Source: Lachnospiraceae bacterium (GTDB lineage: Bacteria; Bacillota; Clostridia; Lachnospirales; Lachnospiraceae). From it: a stretch of 64,000 bases of DNA. This document shows, piece by piece, positions 40,166-50,430 of this stretch. The position numbers and the translations under genes were made by a program. The notes under the pieces were generated by a model. It had not been told where the DNA came from. It did no database searches and saw only the letters and a program-made list of their open reading frames with translations. The DNA lies in the NCBI GenBank assembly GCA_024403515.1, contig JAKSRS010000002.1, positions 22,388-86,387 of the forward strand, read 5' to 3'. Every line of letters begins with the position of its first letter. Within the stretch, counting starts at the first letter, position 1.

Positions 40166-41227
40166 ATGAAAAAGAAATTTTTAGCTCTCGCACTCGCAGC
40201 TACTATGGTAGCATCTTTATTCGCAGGATGCGGCAAGGCAGCTGGCAGCGACAACAAAGTAGGTGTAGCAATGCCTACAAAGGATTTGCAGAGATGGAAT
40301 CAGGATGGTTCTAACATGCAGAAAGAACTTGAAGCTAAGGGATACAAAGTAGACCTTCAGTACGCTTCAAATGATATCGCTACACAGGTATCACAGATTG
40401 AAAACATGATTAACTCAGGATGCAAGGTTCTTGTAATCGCTTCTATCGATGGTGATTCACTTGGAACAGTTCTTGAACAGGCTAAAGAAAAAGGTATCAA
40501 GGTTATCGCATATGACCGTTTGATCATGAACTCAGACGCAGTTTCATACTACGCTACATTTGATAACTACATGGTAGGTACAAAGCAGGGCGAATACATC
40601 AAAAATTCACTTGCACTTGATACAGCAGAAGGTCCTTTCAACATTGAAATCATCACAGGTGACCCTGGTGACAACAATGCAAGATTCTTCTACGGCGGCG
40701 CAATGGACGTTCTTCAGCCCTACATCGACAACGGCAAACTCGTTGTTAAGTCAGGTCAGATCGACTTCGCTACAGTAGCAACAGCTAACTGGTCAACAGA
40801 AAACGCTCAGAACAGATTCGATGCTATTATCTCAGCTAACTACGCTGATGGTACACAGCTTGATGCAGTTCTTGCTTCTAACGACTCAACAGCTATGGGT
40901 GTTACAAACTCACTTGAAGCTAACTACACAGGTGCATGGCCTCTTATCACAGGTCAGGACTGTGACGTTGCAAACGTTAAGAACATGATCGCTGGTAAGC
41001 AGTCAATGTCAATCTTCAAGGATACACGTACACTTGCTGTTAAGACAGTTGAAATGGTAGACGCTATCCTTAAGGGAACAGACGCTCCTGTAAACGATAC
41101 AAAAACATATGATAACGGAACAGGTATCATTCCTTCATACCTTTGCGAGCCCGTATTCGCAGATGTAAACAACTACAAGGAATTACTTATCGATTCTGGT
41201 TACTACAAAGAAGCAGACCTTCAGTAA
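40166..41227 (+). CDS. chvE: Multiple-monosaccharide ABC transporter substrate-binding lipoprotein
   Basis: FAGC lipobox; VGVAMPTKDLQRW..DG, YYATFDNYMVG, GDPGDNNA, MSIFKDTR. Confidence 0.9.
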   Translation: MKKKFLALALAATMVASLFAGCGKAAGSDNKVGVAMPTKDLQRWNQDGSNMQKELEAKGYKVDLQYASNDIATQVSQIENMINSGCKVLVIASIDGDSLGTVLEQAKEKGIKVIAYDRLIMNSDAVSYYATFDNYMVGTKQGEYIKNSLALDTAEGPFNIEIITGDPGDNNARFFYGGAMDVLQPYIDNGKLVVKSGQIDFATVATANWSTENAQNRFDAIISANYADGTQLDAVLASNDSTAMGVTNSLEANYTGAWPLITGQDCDVANVKNMIAGKQSMSIFKDTRTLAVKTVEMVDAILKGTDAPVNDTKTYDNGTGIIPSYLCEPVFADVNNYKELLIDSGYYKEADLQ

Positions 41228-41248
41228 TTAAATAACTTTAAAAAATGT

Positions 41249-41275
41249 GTAGGCGGGAGCTTCGGCCCCGCCTAC
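41249..41275 (+). other. Intercistronic stem-loop with cUUCGg tetraloop
   Basis: gtaggcggg-a-gc-ttcg-gc-cccgcctac between the SBP and ATPase genes. Confidence 0.7.
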
Positions 41276-41312
41276 TTTTAAGGAATATGTGAACAAGACA
41301 GGAGGAATACAA

Positions 41313-42839
41313 TTGGCTAAGATATTATTGGAAATGAAAAGCATAACCAAAACATTCCCCGGCGTTAAGGCACTTGACAATGTCAATTTGAAGGTAGAAG
41401 AAGGCGAAATTCACGCTCTTGTTGGAGAAAATGGTGCTGGGAAATCTACTTTAATGAACGTTTTAAGTGGTATTTATCCTTATGGATCATATGAAGGAGA
41501 TATCATTTACGACGGAGAAGTTTGTAAGTTTAATACAATTAAGGACAGCGAAGCCAAGGGAATTGTAATCATACATCAGGAGTTAGCTCTTATTCCTTAC
41601 ATGACCATTGGTGAAAATATGTTTCTGGGCAATGAACGCGGAAGCAAATTTAAAATAAATTGGAATGAAACGAATGAACTTGCAGCCAAGTATCTTGATA
41701 TCGTTGGATTGAAAGAAACACCGCAGGTTCTGATTAAAGATATAGGTGTTGGTAAGCAGCAGCTGGTTGAAATTGCCAAAGCACTTGCCAAGAACGCCAA
41801 ACTTCTTATTCTTGATGAGCCTACAGCCTCTTTGAATGAAGATGACTCCAAGGCACTCTTAGAGTTACTTCTTAAGTTCAAGAAAGAAGGAATGACATCA
41901 ATCATCATCTCGCATAAGCTCAACGAAATTTCTTATGTTGCAGATAAGATTACAGTTATTCGAGATGGTAGTACCATCGAGACTCTTGATAAGAAAGTTG
42001 ATGATTTTTCAGAAGCAAGAATTATCAAGGGCATGGTTGGTAGAGAAATTGCCGATCGTTTCCCTAAAAGAGAAAAGAACATCGGCGATGTTAAAATGGA
42101 AATTAAGGATTGGACAGTTTATCATCCGCTTTACAGCGAAAGAAAAGTTGTTGATAACGTTTCAATCAATGTTAAGAAGGGTGAAATCGTTGGTATTGCC
42201 GGACTCATGGGTGCTGGTAGAACAGAACTTGCAATGAGCGTATTCGGTAAAAGCTACGGTGACAACATTTCCGGACAGATATTTATCGACGGAGAAGAAG
42301 TTAACCTGGAAACAGTTGCATCAGCAATCGATCATAAGCTTGCTTACGTAACTGAAGACCGTAAAGGAAACGGACTTATCCTTTCTAATTCAATTAAAGT
42401 CAACACCTCACTTGCTAACCTTGATGAGATTAGTAAAAAAGGTGTTATTAATAAGGACGAAGAGTACAGGGTTGGAACTGAATACCGTGAAAAACTTAAG
42501 ATTAAATGTCCTACCATCGAGCAGAATGTTGGTAACTTAAGTGGTGGTAACATGCAGAAAGTTCTTCTTGCTAAGTGGATGTTTGCAAAGCCTGACGTCC
42601 TGATTCTTGACGAGCCTACCAGAGGTATTGACGTTGGTGCTAAGTATGAAATTTACTGCATCATGAATCAGCTTGTGGCTGAAGGAAAATCTGTCATCAT
42701 GATTTCTTCGGAAATGCCCGAAATACTCGGAATGTGTGACAGAATCTATGTAATGAATGAAGGTAAGATGGTCGGTGAGCTTGATGCTTCAGAGGCTACT
42801 CAGGAAGTAATCATGTCACAGATTATCAAGACCAGCTAG
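41313..42839 (+). CDS. mmsA: Multiple-monosaccharide ABC transporter ATP-binding protein
   Basis: TTG start after GGAGG; [14 protein letters not shown] twice, LSGGN. Confidence 0.92.
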   Translation: MAKILLEMKSITKTFPGVKALDNVNLKVEEGEIHALVGENGAGKSTLMNVLSGIYPYGSYEGDIIYDGEVCKFNTIKDSEAKGIVIIHQELALIPYMTIGENMFLGNERGSKFKINWNETNELAAKYLDIVGLKETPQVLIKDIGVGKQQLVEIAKALAKNAKLLILDEPTASLNEDDSKALLELLLKFKKEGMTSIIISHKLNEISYVADKITVIRDGSTIETLDKKVDDFSEARIIKGMVGREIADRFPKREKNIGDVKMEIKDWTVYHPLYSERKVVDNVSINVKKGEIVGIAGLMGAGRTELAMSVFGKSYGDNISGQIFIDGEEVNLETVASAIDHKLAYVTEDRKGNGLILSNSIKVNTSLANLDEISKKGVINKDEEYRVGTEYREKLKIKCPTIEQNVGNLSGGNMQKVLLAKWMFAKPDVLILDEPTRGIDVGAKYEIYCIMNQLVAEGKSVIMISSEMPEILGMCDRIYVMNEGKMVGELDASEATQEVIMSQIIKTS

Positions 42840-42849
42840 GAGGAAAAAC

Positions 42850-44049
42850 ATGAAAAAGGGCAAAAATCTTGATTTCATTAAGAAATACACAATGATTATC
42901 GTTCTGGTTTTAGTATATATCTTCTTTGCTATTGAGACAGGAGGATCAATCCTTCTTCCCATGAACGTATCAAGTTTGATTTCACAGAACGCATATGTAT
43001 TTATTCTTGCAACCGGTATGTTACTTTGTATCTTAACCGGTGGTAACATCGACCTTTCAGTAGGTTCGGTAGTTTGTTTCGTTGGTGCAGTTGGTGCGGT
43101 ACTTATGGCTAATCTCAAGGTTAACATGTTTGTCGCAATCCTCGTTATGATTATTGTAGGTACAGCAATCGGTGCTTTCCAGGCATTCTGGATCGCATAC
43201 GTTCGTATCCCTCCTTTCATCGTAACACTTGCCGGAATGCTTGCATTCAGAGGTTTAAGTAACGTAATGTTAAACGGTCTTACTGTTTCAATTAAAGACT
43301 GCACATCATTCGTTAAATTGTTCGGTGGTGGTGCTGACTGCTTCATCCCTGACCCTCAGATATTTGTAAAAGTTGAAGGCTTCAACGTAGTTTGCTTAAT
43401 CGTTGGTGCGGTATCAATTATCGTATTCATTGCAATGCAGCTTACATCAAGACGTACAAAGATCAAGAAGAATTACGCTGTTGAAGGCGCAGCTGCTTTC
43501 TGGATTAAGACAGTACTTATAAGTGCAGTTATCTGTGCATTCACAGTTCAGCTTTCACGTCATAAAGGTATCCCTACAGTTCTTATCTGGGTTCTTTTAG
43601 TAGTACTTGTATATGGTTACATTACATCAAATACAACAACAGGTCGTTACTTCTACGCAGTAGGTGGTAATGAAAAGGCTACAAAGCTTTCAGGTATCAA
43701 CACAAACAAGGTTTACTTCCTTGCTTACACAAACATGGGATTTTTAGCAGCTTTAGCAGCTATGGTTACAATTGCTCGTCTTACATCAGCTCAGCCTACA
43801 TACGGCCAGAACTATGAAATGGATGCAATTGGTTCATGTTTCATCGGTGGTGCTTCTGCTTACGGTGGAACCGGTACAGTTCCCGGCGTTATCGTTGGTG
43901 CGGTTCTCATGGGTGTTATCAACTTAGGTATGTCACTTATGGGTGTTGACCAGAACATGCAGAAGGTTGTAAAGGGTCTCGTACTCCTTGCAGCAGTTAT
44001 CTTCGACGTTGTTTCAAAACGTGGTGGAAAGATGATTTCTAAAGACTGA
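42850..44049 (+). CDS. mmsB: Multiple-monosaccharide ABC transporter permease
   Basis: IDLSVGS, IPPFIVTLAGM, GRYFYAVGGN, EMDAI..CFIGG. Confidence 0.92.
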   Translation: MKKGKNLDFIKKYTMIIVLVLVYIFFAIETGGSILLPMNVSSLISQNAYVFILATGMLLCILTGGNIDLSVGSVVCFVGAVGAVLMANLKVNMFVAILVMIIVGTAIGAFQAFWIAYVRIPPFIVTLAGMLAFRGLSNVMLNGLTVSIKDCTSFVKLFGGGADCFIPDPQIFVKVEGFNVVCLIVGAVSIIVFIAMQLTSRRTKIKKNYAVEGAAAFWIKTVLISAVICAFTVQLSRHKGIPTVLIWVLLVVLVYGYITSNTTTGRYFYAVGGNEKATKLSGINTNKVYFLAYTNMGFLAALAAMVTIARLTSAQPTYGQNYEMDAIGSCFIGGASAYGGTGTVPGVIVGAVLMGVINLGMSLMGVDQNMQKVVKGLVLLAAVIFDVVSKRGGKMISKD

Positions 44050-44076
44050 TCTCTTAACTAATTCTTCAGATATACT

Positions 44077-44114
44077 ATTGGAAAGGGGCATCCGAAAGGG
44101 TGTCCTTTTCTAAT
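44077..44114 (+). terminator. Intrinsic terminator with GAAA tetraloop
   Basis: attggaaaggggcatcc-gaaa-gggtgtccttttctaat. Confidence 0.75.
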
Positions 44115-44186
44115 GCCCGTTTAGGGGCTAAATTACGTATGTAAAATAGATATAAAGAAAAATCCCCGCCATATTGGCGAGGAGAG

Positions 44187-45035
44187 TTAACTATTCTTTC
44201 GGTACTCACGTGGTGACTGACCGTAAAATTTTTTAAAGGCGTTAGTAAAGTGCTCTGAGGAAGAGTAACCAAGCTTTTCAGAAATCTCTGCAATACTGTC
44301 AGGCGTTTCTAAAAGAAGTAATCCCGCGGCAGACATTCTGGCGTGGGTTTTCATTTCAAGGAAGGTCTTGCCGTAGTGATTCTTTAGTATTCGCTCAGTC
44401 TGTCTAAGGCCAGTATTTATGGTCTGTGAAAGCATCTGTAGACTGATATCTTTATAGTTATATAAAAAGGCTTCTTCAATGGTAAGGTACATTAAATCCT
44501 CGGGACTTATGGTCTGGGTAACTGCTTTTACCTTTAGAGGAGCTTTCTTTTTGTATTTTCTTATGATTAAAAGTGTTAACTGCTTTAAAAGTGCAGGAAG
44601 CATCTGCTCATAACCAAATGGTTTTTCCTCAATTTCAAGAAGAATGGTATCCATTAGTCTTGAACAGTCCTCGCCTATAGGACCAATCCAGAAGGGCTTA
44701 CTTAAGAAAAGCTTCACGGGACTATCAGAGGGGAGTTTTCTTTCAACATCAATCTGAAGGTATATTCCATATTCTTCCATGGGGTCATCAGGATTTGAAA
44801 TCTGTTCATGATCAATCCCTGGGCCTGTCATATAAAAAAGTCCGGGAGTCAGTTCATACTTTTCCCCATCAGCAATCAAAGTTCCCTGGCCCTGTGAAAT
44901 ATAGTGCATTTCATAGGAATTTTTACTGTGGCTGTGTCTTGGGATGGGACCATATAACCAGTCTTTTCCTATACTAATCGTAGAAAAACTTGCACCATCA
45001 ATCTCAAAAGATATTTTCAAATCTCTGTATTTCAT
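44187..45035 (-). CDS. AraC-family regulator (cupin plus double HTH)
   Basis: HSHS..SYEMHY cupin; EKLGYSSSEHFTNAFKKFYG.SP; GGAG RBS before MKYRDLK. Confidence 0.9.
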   Translation of the reverse strand: MKYRDLKISFEIDGASFSTISIGKDWLYGPIPRHSHSKNSYEMHYISQGQGTLIADGEKYELTPGLFYMTGPGIDHEQISNPDDPMEEYGIYLQIDVERKLPSDSPVKLFLSKPFWIGPIGEDCSRLMDTILLEIEEKPFGYEQMLPALLKQLTLLIIRKYKKKAPLKVKAVTQTISPEDLMYLTIEEAFLYNYKDISLQMLSQTINTGLRQTERILKNHYGKTFLEMKTHARMSAAGLLLLETPDSIAEISEKLGYSSSEHFTNAFKKFYGQSPREYRKNS

Positions 45036-45294
45036 ATTATCTCCGTTTCGCTTGTAAAAACGATGTCTCAAACCACATTTAGGGGGCAGTAAAGTACCCA
45101 TTCAAGCCTTCTTGATATGGCCTGGTGGTGGACTATCTTAAAATATAAACGGGCAAAAGAAAAATATCAAGAAAAATGCGAAAATGCGACATAAAAATAT
45201 GCCATACGTCATTGCTAAGTCTTGTTTGTGCAGAAAAAACGACTTAATGTAGACTTATAAAGTTTGTGTTTTATTCCACTTAGGAGGGTTAGAA

Positions 45295-46494
45295 ATGATA
45301 GTAAAAGCTACGTATTTTCAAAATGACAGTGAAAAGCCTTTGGTATACGGAGATGTCGAAATCGACAACATAAAAAGGCAGCGCCTTAAGGGCGAAGAAG
45401 TTAAGGAAGGCATCCTTTGTGAGCCGGTCATGGTCGGCTTTTGCGGCACTGACAATGAGCTTATGAACATGGGAAGCCAGGGTAAGCTTACAGCTAAGTT
45501 TCCGCCCGGAAAAAACAGATTAATAAATGGTCATGAAGGTATTGTCTGGGTTCCTTCACAGAACAGATTTGCAATTGTACTGATAAGAGGTGGCAACAGC
45601 TACGATCCAACAAGATATACAGAAGACGAATCATACTTTGAATATGGCTGCGATCAGGCAGACGGGTTATTTTCTGATAAGCAGTACTTTAATCCGGATA
45701 TGCTTTTGCCTATCCCGGATGGATATGTAAAGGATGGAAAGCTGGATCTTTCTTTTGCCAAAAAGATGGTATTTCCTGATCCCTTTGCCTGCATGCTTTT
45801 CCAGTTAGAGAGAATGGAAGACATGGGAAGTGCTCATAACTTCAGACGCACAATGAAAAAGTATAAATGCTCTGAAGAGCAGGCAAGACTGATTGCCAAG
45901 GACGAAATCTTTAATAATACAGTCATTTTCGGACTTGGAACCACAGGAATGTTTATTGGCGATCTTATTATGAGAAATCATAAAGACGCTAATGTTTTAT
46001 TTGTTGCAAGAAGCCCCAAAGAGTCCAATAAGGTTTCTTTTGCCTTAAAAAATACTAAGGCTAAGTATCTTCAGAACACCTTCGATAGCGAGGAAGAACT
46101 TGCCAAAGCTATCGTAGAAAAGCTTGGCGGCAGGGCAACAACATTTATCGGAGTAAGTGGAAGCAACGTTGAGCACAGAATAGCCTTTGAACATAAGGTT
46201 CTTGGCTGTAACGGGCTTTATAACAGTTTTTCTTTAGGACCGAAGATTACATTCGATACAATGCCTTTTGGTTTTGAAAATCATCTTATTATCGCATCTA
46301 TCAACTTCAGACAGGACCACATGGAGGAAGCGATTAAGCTTTTGGCTGAAAGCAACTACGATGAAATTGTTGAACTAATTGATAAGGATGAGTTTATTAA
46401 AGATCCGATTGATGCATATAAGAATAAAATTTACAGCAAAAACGCCCCTATGAAGACTGCGGTTATCTGGAATAAGCAGTATATAGACATGTAG
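45295..46494 (+). CDS. Zn-dependent MDR dehydrogenase, glucose-1-dehydrogenase-like (candidate L-galactose dehydrogenase)
   Basis: GFCGTD, NGHEG, GLGTTG; lacks the four-Cys structural Zn loop. The substrate is inferred from context. Confidence 0.65.
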   Translation: MIVKATYFQNDSEKPLVYGDVEIDNIKRQRLKGEEVKEGILCEPVMVGFCGTDNELMNMGSQGKLTAKFPPGKNRLINGHEGIVWVPSQNRFAIVLIRGGNSYDPTRYTEDESYFEYGCDQADGLFSDKQYFNPDMLLPIPDGYVKDGKLDLSFAKKMVFPDPFACMLFQLERMEDMGSAHNFRRTMKKYKCSEEQARLIAKDEIFNNTVIFGLGTTGMFIGDLIMRNHKDANVLFVARSPKESNKVSFALKNTKAKYLQNTFDSEEELAKAIVEKLGGRATTFIGVSGSNVEHRIAFEHKVLGCNGLYNSFSLGPKITFDTMPFGFENHLIIASINFRQDHMEEAIKLLAESNYDEIVELIDKDEFIKDPIDAYKNKIYSKNAPMKTAVIWNKQYIDM

Positions 46495-46552
46495 TGGCCA
46501 GGAAAGTAAGGAGGAAAAGTTCATGCTTTAGGGCATGAATTATGAGTGAAAG

Positions 46553-47575
46553 ATGAAAACAGTTCATATTAGTAAACCATTTGAAATTGAAGTTATTGAT
46601 ACCAAAGAACCTGTAGCCAAAGAAGGCGAGGCTCTTTTAAAGATTTTGTATGGGGGTATCTGTGGCGCTGATGTTGCAAGCTACACGGGAAATCAGCCCT
46701 TTACAACATACCCTCGAATTCCCGGACACGAGTTTAGCGCCCAGATTGTAACAATCCCTGAAAATGATAAGGGACTTAAACCCGGAGATATCGTAACCTG
46801 CAACCCTTATTTTAACTGCAAGACCTGCTATTCCTGCAGACGCGGTTTTGTAAACTGCTGTACTGACAATCAGACAATGGGTGTACAGCGTGACGGTGCT
46901 TTCAGAGAGTACATCTCAATGCCTGTTGAAAGAATCTATGATGGAAAGGGCCTTTCGGCCAAAGAACTTGCCTTGGTTGAACCTTTTACCATTAGCTACC
47001 ATGCACTTCACCGCGCATGCATATCAGCAGGGGACCGAGTTCTTGTTGTTGGCGCCGGTCCTATCGGTTTATTTGCCTTAATAGCTGCTAAGGCCCAGGG
47101 GGCTGAGGTTTATGTTGCTGATATTTTGGATGGAAGACTTGAAAAGGCTCTTCACTTTGGCGCAGATGGCGTCATTAATTCCAAGAAGGAAGACATTAAA
47201 GAAGCTGCTATGAGAATAACAAACGGCGATGGCTTTGACGTGTGTGTTGAAGCATGTGGCCAGTCAGTGACCTTTATGGCCTGCATCGACTGTGCAGCAT
47301 TTGCAGGAAACATCATTTTAATTGGAAATGGAAAGAAGGAGACGACTTTCCTTCACTCAATACTTCTTAAGAAGGAACTCAATGTCTTTGGAAGCAGAAA
47401 TTCCTTCCCTGTAGATTTTGAGGCAGTAATTGATCTTATTTCCAAGGGTGAAGTAAACGTCCTTGATATGGTAAGCGATATCTATCCGGTATCCCGTGCC
47501 GATGAAGCATTTAAGGCGCTTGTTGATAACGACGGAAGTCTTTGCAAGGTTTTGATATCCTTCGAGGAGGAATAA
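46553..47575 (+). CDS. Zn-dependent sugar-acid dehydrogenase, L-galactonate 5-dehydrogenase (YjjN/LgoD)-like
   Basis: GICGAD...GNQPF.TYPRIPGHE, C..C..C..C, GAGPIG, KKELNVFGSRN. Confidence 0.8.
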   Translation: MKTVHISKPFEIEVIDTKEPVAKEGEALLKILYGGICGADVASYTGNQPFTTYPRIPGHEFSAQIVTIPENDKGLKPGDIVTCNPYFNCKTCYSCRRGFVNCCTDNQTMGVQRDGAFREYISMPVERIYDGKGLSAKELALVEPFTISYHALHRACISAGDRVLVVGAGPIGLFALIAAKAQGAEVYVADILDGRLEKALHFGADGVINSKKEDIKEAAMRITNGDGFDVCVEACGQSVTFMACIDCAAFAGNIILIGNGKKETTFLHSILLKKELNVFGSRNSFPVDFEAVIDLISKGEVNVLDMVSDIYPVSRADEAFKALVDNDGSLCKVLISFEEE

Positions 47576-47576
47576 A

Positions 47577-48458
47577 ATGGGAAAATACATGGCAATAGAT
47601 TCGCATGTTCACCTGTGGGAAGTAGAGCATGGAATAGTAAATGATAGGCCTGTATATTCGATTGGAAACGGTAAGGTCGACTTTGGAGGTGAGATTCGCC
47701 AGATGATGCCTCCTTACATGGAAGACAATAAAAACACCGTTGAAAGACTCATTGCAAACATGGATTATGCAGGTGTCAATGCAGCTGTCATTACACAGGA
47801 ATATATAGATGGAAATCAGGATAAATACCTTCTTGAGTGCCAAAGAAAGTATCCCGACAGGATAAAGATTTTTTCTTTGTATGAAGAAAATGATGACTAT
47901 CTTCTTGATGGCTTTGACGGTCTTAAGATATGCGCCGCCAAGTTTAAAGACAAGGATTTAAAAAGGCTTTTGCCGGTATTTAAAAAGGTGGAAGCTGAAG
48001 GGAAGATCCTCGCAATAGAGCTATTTGATGGTGACAGTCAGGTTGAAGATATGAAGTATCTTATCGATAAATGTCCTGATCTAAAAATATCAATAGGCCA
48101 CTTTGGCATGGTAACAACCAAAGGCTGGCAAGAGCAGATAAAGCTTGCCTGCAATAAAAATGTCTACATTGAAAGCGGCGGACTTACCTGGCTTTTTCAT
48201 AAGGAGTTTTACCCTTATGATTCGGCAATCGATGCCATTAAAGAAGCAATCGATATCTGCTCTGTAGATAAGCTTATGTGGGGAAGCGACTATCCAAGGA
48301 CAATGACAGACATCACCTATATCATGTCCCTTCGATTTGTCGAGGAAACTAATAAACTTACCGAAGAAGAAAAGAAAGCATTTTTAGGGCTTAACGCCCA
48401 AAGGTTCTATGGATTTGGACCAATGAAGAAAATGGAAGATATTAAAAATATGCTTTAG
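47577..48458 (+). CDS. Amidohydrolase-family sugar lactonase (cog3618; L-galactono/L-fucono-1,5-lactonase-like)
   Basis: IDSHVHLW, GEIRQMMPPYM, NMDYAGV..AVITQEYIDG, IGHFG, WGSDYP. Confidence 0.8.
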   Translation: MGKYMAIDSHVHLWEVEHGIVNDRPVYSIGNGKVDFGGEIRQMMPPYMEDNKNTVERLIANMDYAGVNAAVITQEYIDGNQDKYLLECQRKYPDRIKIFSLYEENDDYLLDGFDGLKICAAKFKDKDLKRLLPVFKKVEAEGKILAIELFDGDSQVEDMKYLIDKCPDLKISIGHFGMVTTKGWQEQIKLACNKNVYIESGGLTWLFHKEFYPYDSAIDAIKEAIDICSVDKLMWGSDYPRTMTDITYIMSLRFVEETNKLTEEEKKAFLGLNAQRFYGFGPMKKMEDIKNML

Positions 48459-48501
48459 GGTTAACAACAAAAAATACGAATGATATTTGGGAGGAAAAAG
48501 A

Positions 48502-49947
48502 ATGTTTACACCGGATTTTAAATCACTTACAACCTATGAGTGCCCTGAGTGGTACAAGGATGCCAAGTTTGGTATCTGGAGTCACTGGGGACCTCAGTGC
48601 GTACCGATGGTTGGGGACTGGTACGCAAGAAATATGTATATTCAGGGGTCTGAACAGTACAATCACCATGTTCGTACATACGGACATCCTTCGAAGTTTG
48701 GCTACAAAGATATTGTAAAACTATGGAAGGCCGAAAACTTTGATCCTGATGCACTTATGGAGAAATATTATAAGGCCGGCGCAAGATTTTTCGTGGCTCA
48801 GGCTTCTCATCATGATCATTTCTTTAACTACGCAACAAAGTTAAACCGCTTCAATTCAGTAGAAATGGGTCCTCATAAGGATATCGTAGGACTCTGGCAG
48901 CAGGCGGCCAAAAAGTACGACCTTCCTTTTGGTATTACAGAGCATTTGGGAGCTTCTTTTGGCTGGTGGAGATCCAATAAAGGCCACGATACCTATGGCC
49001 CTTATAAGGGAGTACCCTACGACGGAAATGACCCTGAATACAGAGATTTTTATCATGATAATTATGAGCATGTAGCCAAGGAAGGCGAGGAAGATAAGTG
49101 GACCTGGCTTACACCAAACCCCAAGTTTAGAGAATACTGGCTTAAGGTTATGAAGGAAATTATAGATAATTATCACCCTGATATGCTCTATTCCGACAGT
49201 TTCCTTCCTTTCAGTGAAAAAGGCGACATTTCTGATGAACCGGAATATAAGCTGGGACTTGAAGCTGTTGCATATCTTTACAATGACAATATCCGTAGAA
49301 ACGGAAGCAATCAGGCCGTCTACACACAAAAGAGCCGTGATGAAGATATTTACAAGGTCGGAGTTTTGGACATTGAAAGAAGTCAGCTTCCTACACCGCT
49401 TCCCGTGCCGTGGCAGTCAGAAACCTGCATTGGAGAGTGGTTCTACAAAAAGCAGATTAAGTACAAGACACCAAGACATATCCTTGACATTCTTGTTGAT
49501 ACTATATCCAAAAACGGAACCATGCTTTTAAACATTCCTCAAAGACCTGACGGAACTATCGATGAGGAAGAAGAATGGATTCTTTCAGAACTTGCGGACT
49601 GGTTTGCAATAAACTCTGAGGCTGTATATAAGACCCGCCCTTACAAGATTGCGGCTGAAGGTCATGCAAGTGTAGCAATCTCAGGCTTTACCGAAGAAGA
49701 AGTAAAGTGGGATGACGACGACTTTAGATTTGTTACTAAAGATGGCAATTTGTATGTATATATCATGAAAACCAAGGATAGAAAGACTACTGTTGTAAAG
49801 AGTCTTTCTGAGGATGAAGCGGTTAAAAGCGCAACTTTACTTGGCGGTGGAGAACTTTCTTTTGCTCAGCATAATGGCGTTTTGACACTGGATTTACCTA
49901 ATGAGCTTCCTTCGGAATATCCTTGTGTGGTTAAACTTACTTTTTAA
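48502..49947 (+). CDS. GH29 alpha-L-fucosidase-family hydrolase (possible alpha-L-galactosidase)
   Basis: PEWYKDAKFGIWSHWG, HHDHF, LYSD nucleophile, WQSETCIG.WFY, GTMLLNIP; no signal peptide. Confidence 0.9.
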   Translation: MFTPDFKSLTTYECPEWYKDAKFGIWSHWGPQCVPMVGDWYARNMYIQGSEQYNHHVRTYGHPSKFGYKDIVKLWKAENFDPDALMEKYYKAGARFFVAQASHHDHFFNYATKLNRFNSVEMGPHKDIVGLWQQAAKKYDLPFGITEHLGASFGWWRSNKGHDTYGPYKGVPYDGNDPEYRDFYHDNYEHVAKEGEEDKWTWLTPNPKFREYWLKVMKEIIDNYHPDMLYSDSFLPFSEKGDISDEPEYKLGLEAVAYLYNDNIRRNGSNQAVYTQKSRDEDIYKVGVLDIERSQLPTPLPVPWQSETCIGEWFYKKQIKYKTPRHILDILVDTISKNGTMLLNIPQRPDGTIDEEEEWILSELADWFAINSEAVYKTRPYKIAAEGHASVAISGFTEEEVKWDDDDFRFVTKDGNLYVYIMKTKDRKTTVVKSLSEDEAVKSATLLGGGELSFAQHNGVLTLDLPNELPSEYPCVVKLTF

Positions 49948-49992
49948 GATGAGTCTAAAGAAAATGTTTAAAAAAGTACTAAGGAGAAATAT

Positions 49993-50430
49993 ATGTTAAA
50001 AGGAATATCACCCCTTCTTTCGCCCGAACTTTTAAAGGTTTTATGCGAGATGGGACACAGCGATACAATAGTAATAGCGGACGGAAATTTCCCAGCTGAG
50101 ACCATGGGAAAAGATGGGATTGTAATCAGAATGGACGGACACGGAGTGCCTGAAATTTTAGAAGCAATACTTGAAGTTTTCCCTTTAGATCAGTATGTTG
50201 AAAAGCCTGTAAGCCTGATGGAAAGATGCGAAGGCGATAATGCTGACGTATCAATCTGGAAAAAATACGATGCTCTTGTAGAAAAGTACGAAGAAAGAGG
50301 CACAAAGGTTATACAGAAACTTGAAAGATTTGCCTTTTACGATGAAGCAAAGAAGGCTTATGCAATTATTGCAACAAGTGAAACAAGTCAGTACGCAAAT
50401 GTTATTTTGCAGAAAGGTTGTGTGCTTTGA
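49993..50430 (+). CDS. fucU: L-fucose mutarotase (RbsD/FucU family)
   Basis: MLKGISPLLSPELL..L.EMGH.D.IV.ADGNFP, RFAFY..AK, Y.NVILQKG. Confidence 0.93.
   Translation: MLKGISPLLSPELLKVLCEMGHSDTIVIADGNFPAETMGKDGIVIRMDGHGVPEILEAILEVFPLDQYVEKPVSLMERCEGDNADVSIWKKYDALVEKYEERGTKVIQKLERFAFYDEAKKAYAIIATSETSQYANVILQKGCVL

Noticed and set aside
45295-50430. Classical L-fucose (fucIKA) operon
   Set aside because: Isomerase, kinase and aldolase are absent; the genes are of the oxidative dehydrogenase/lactonase type.
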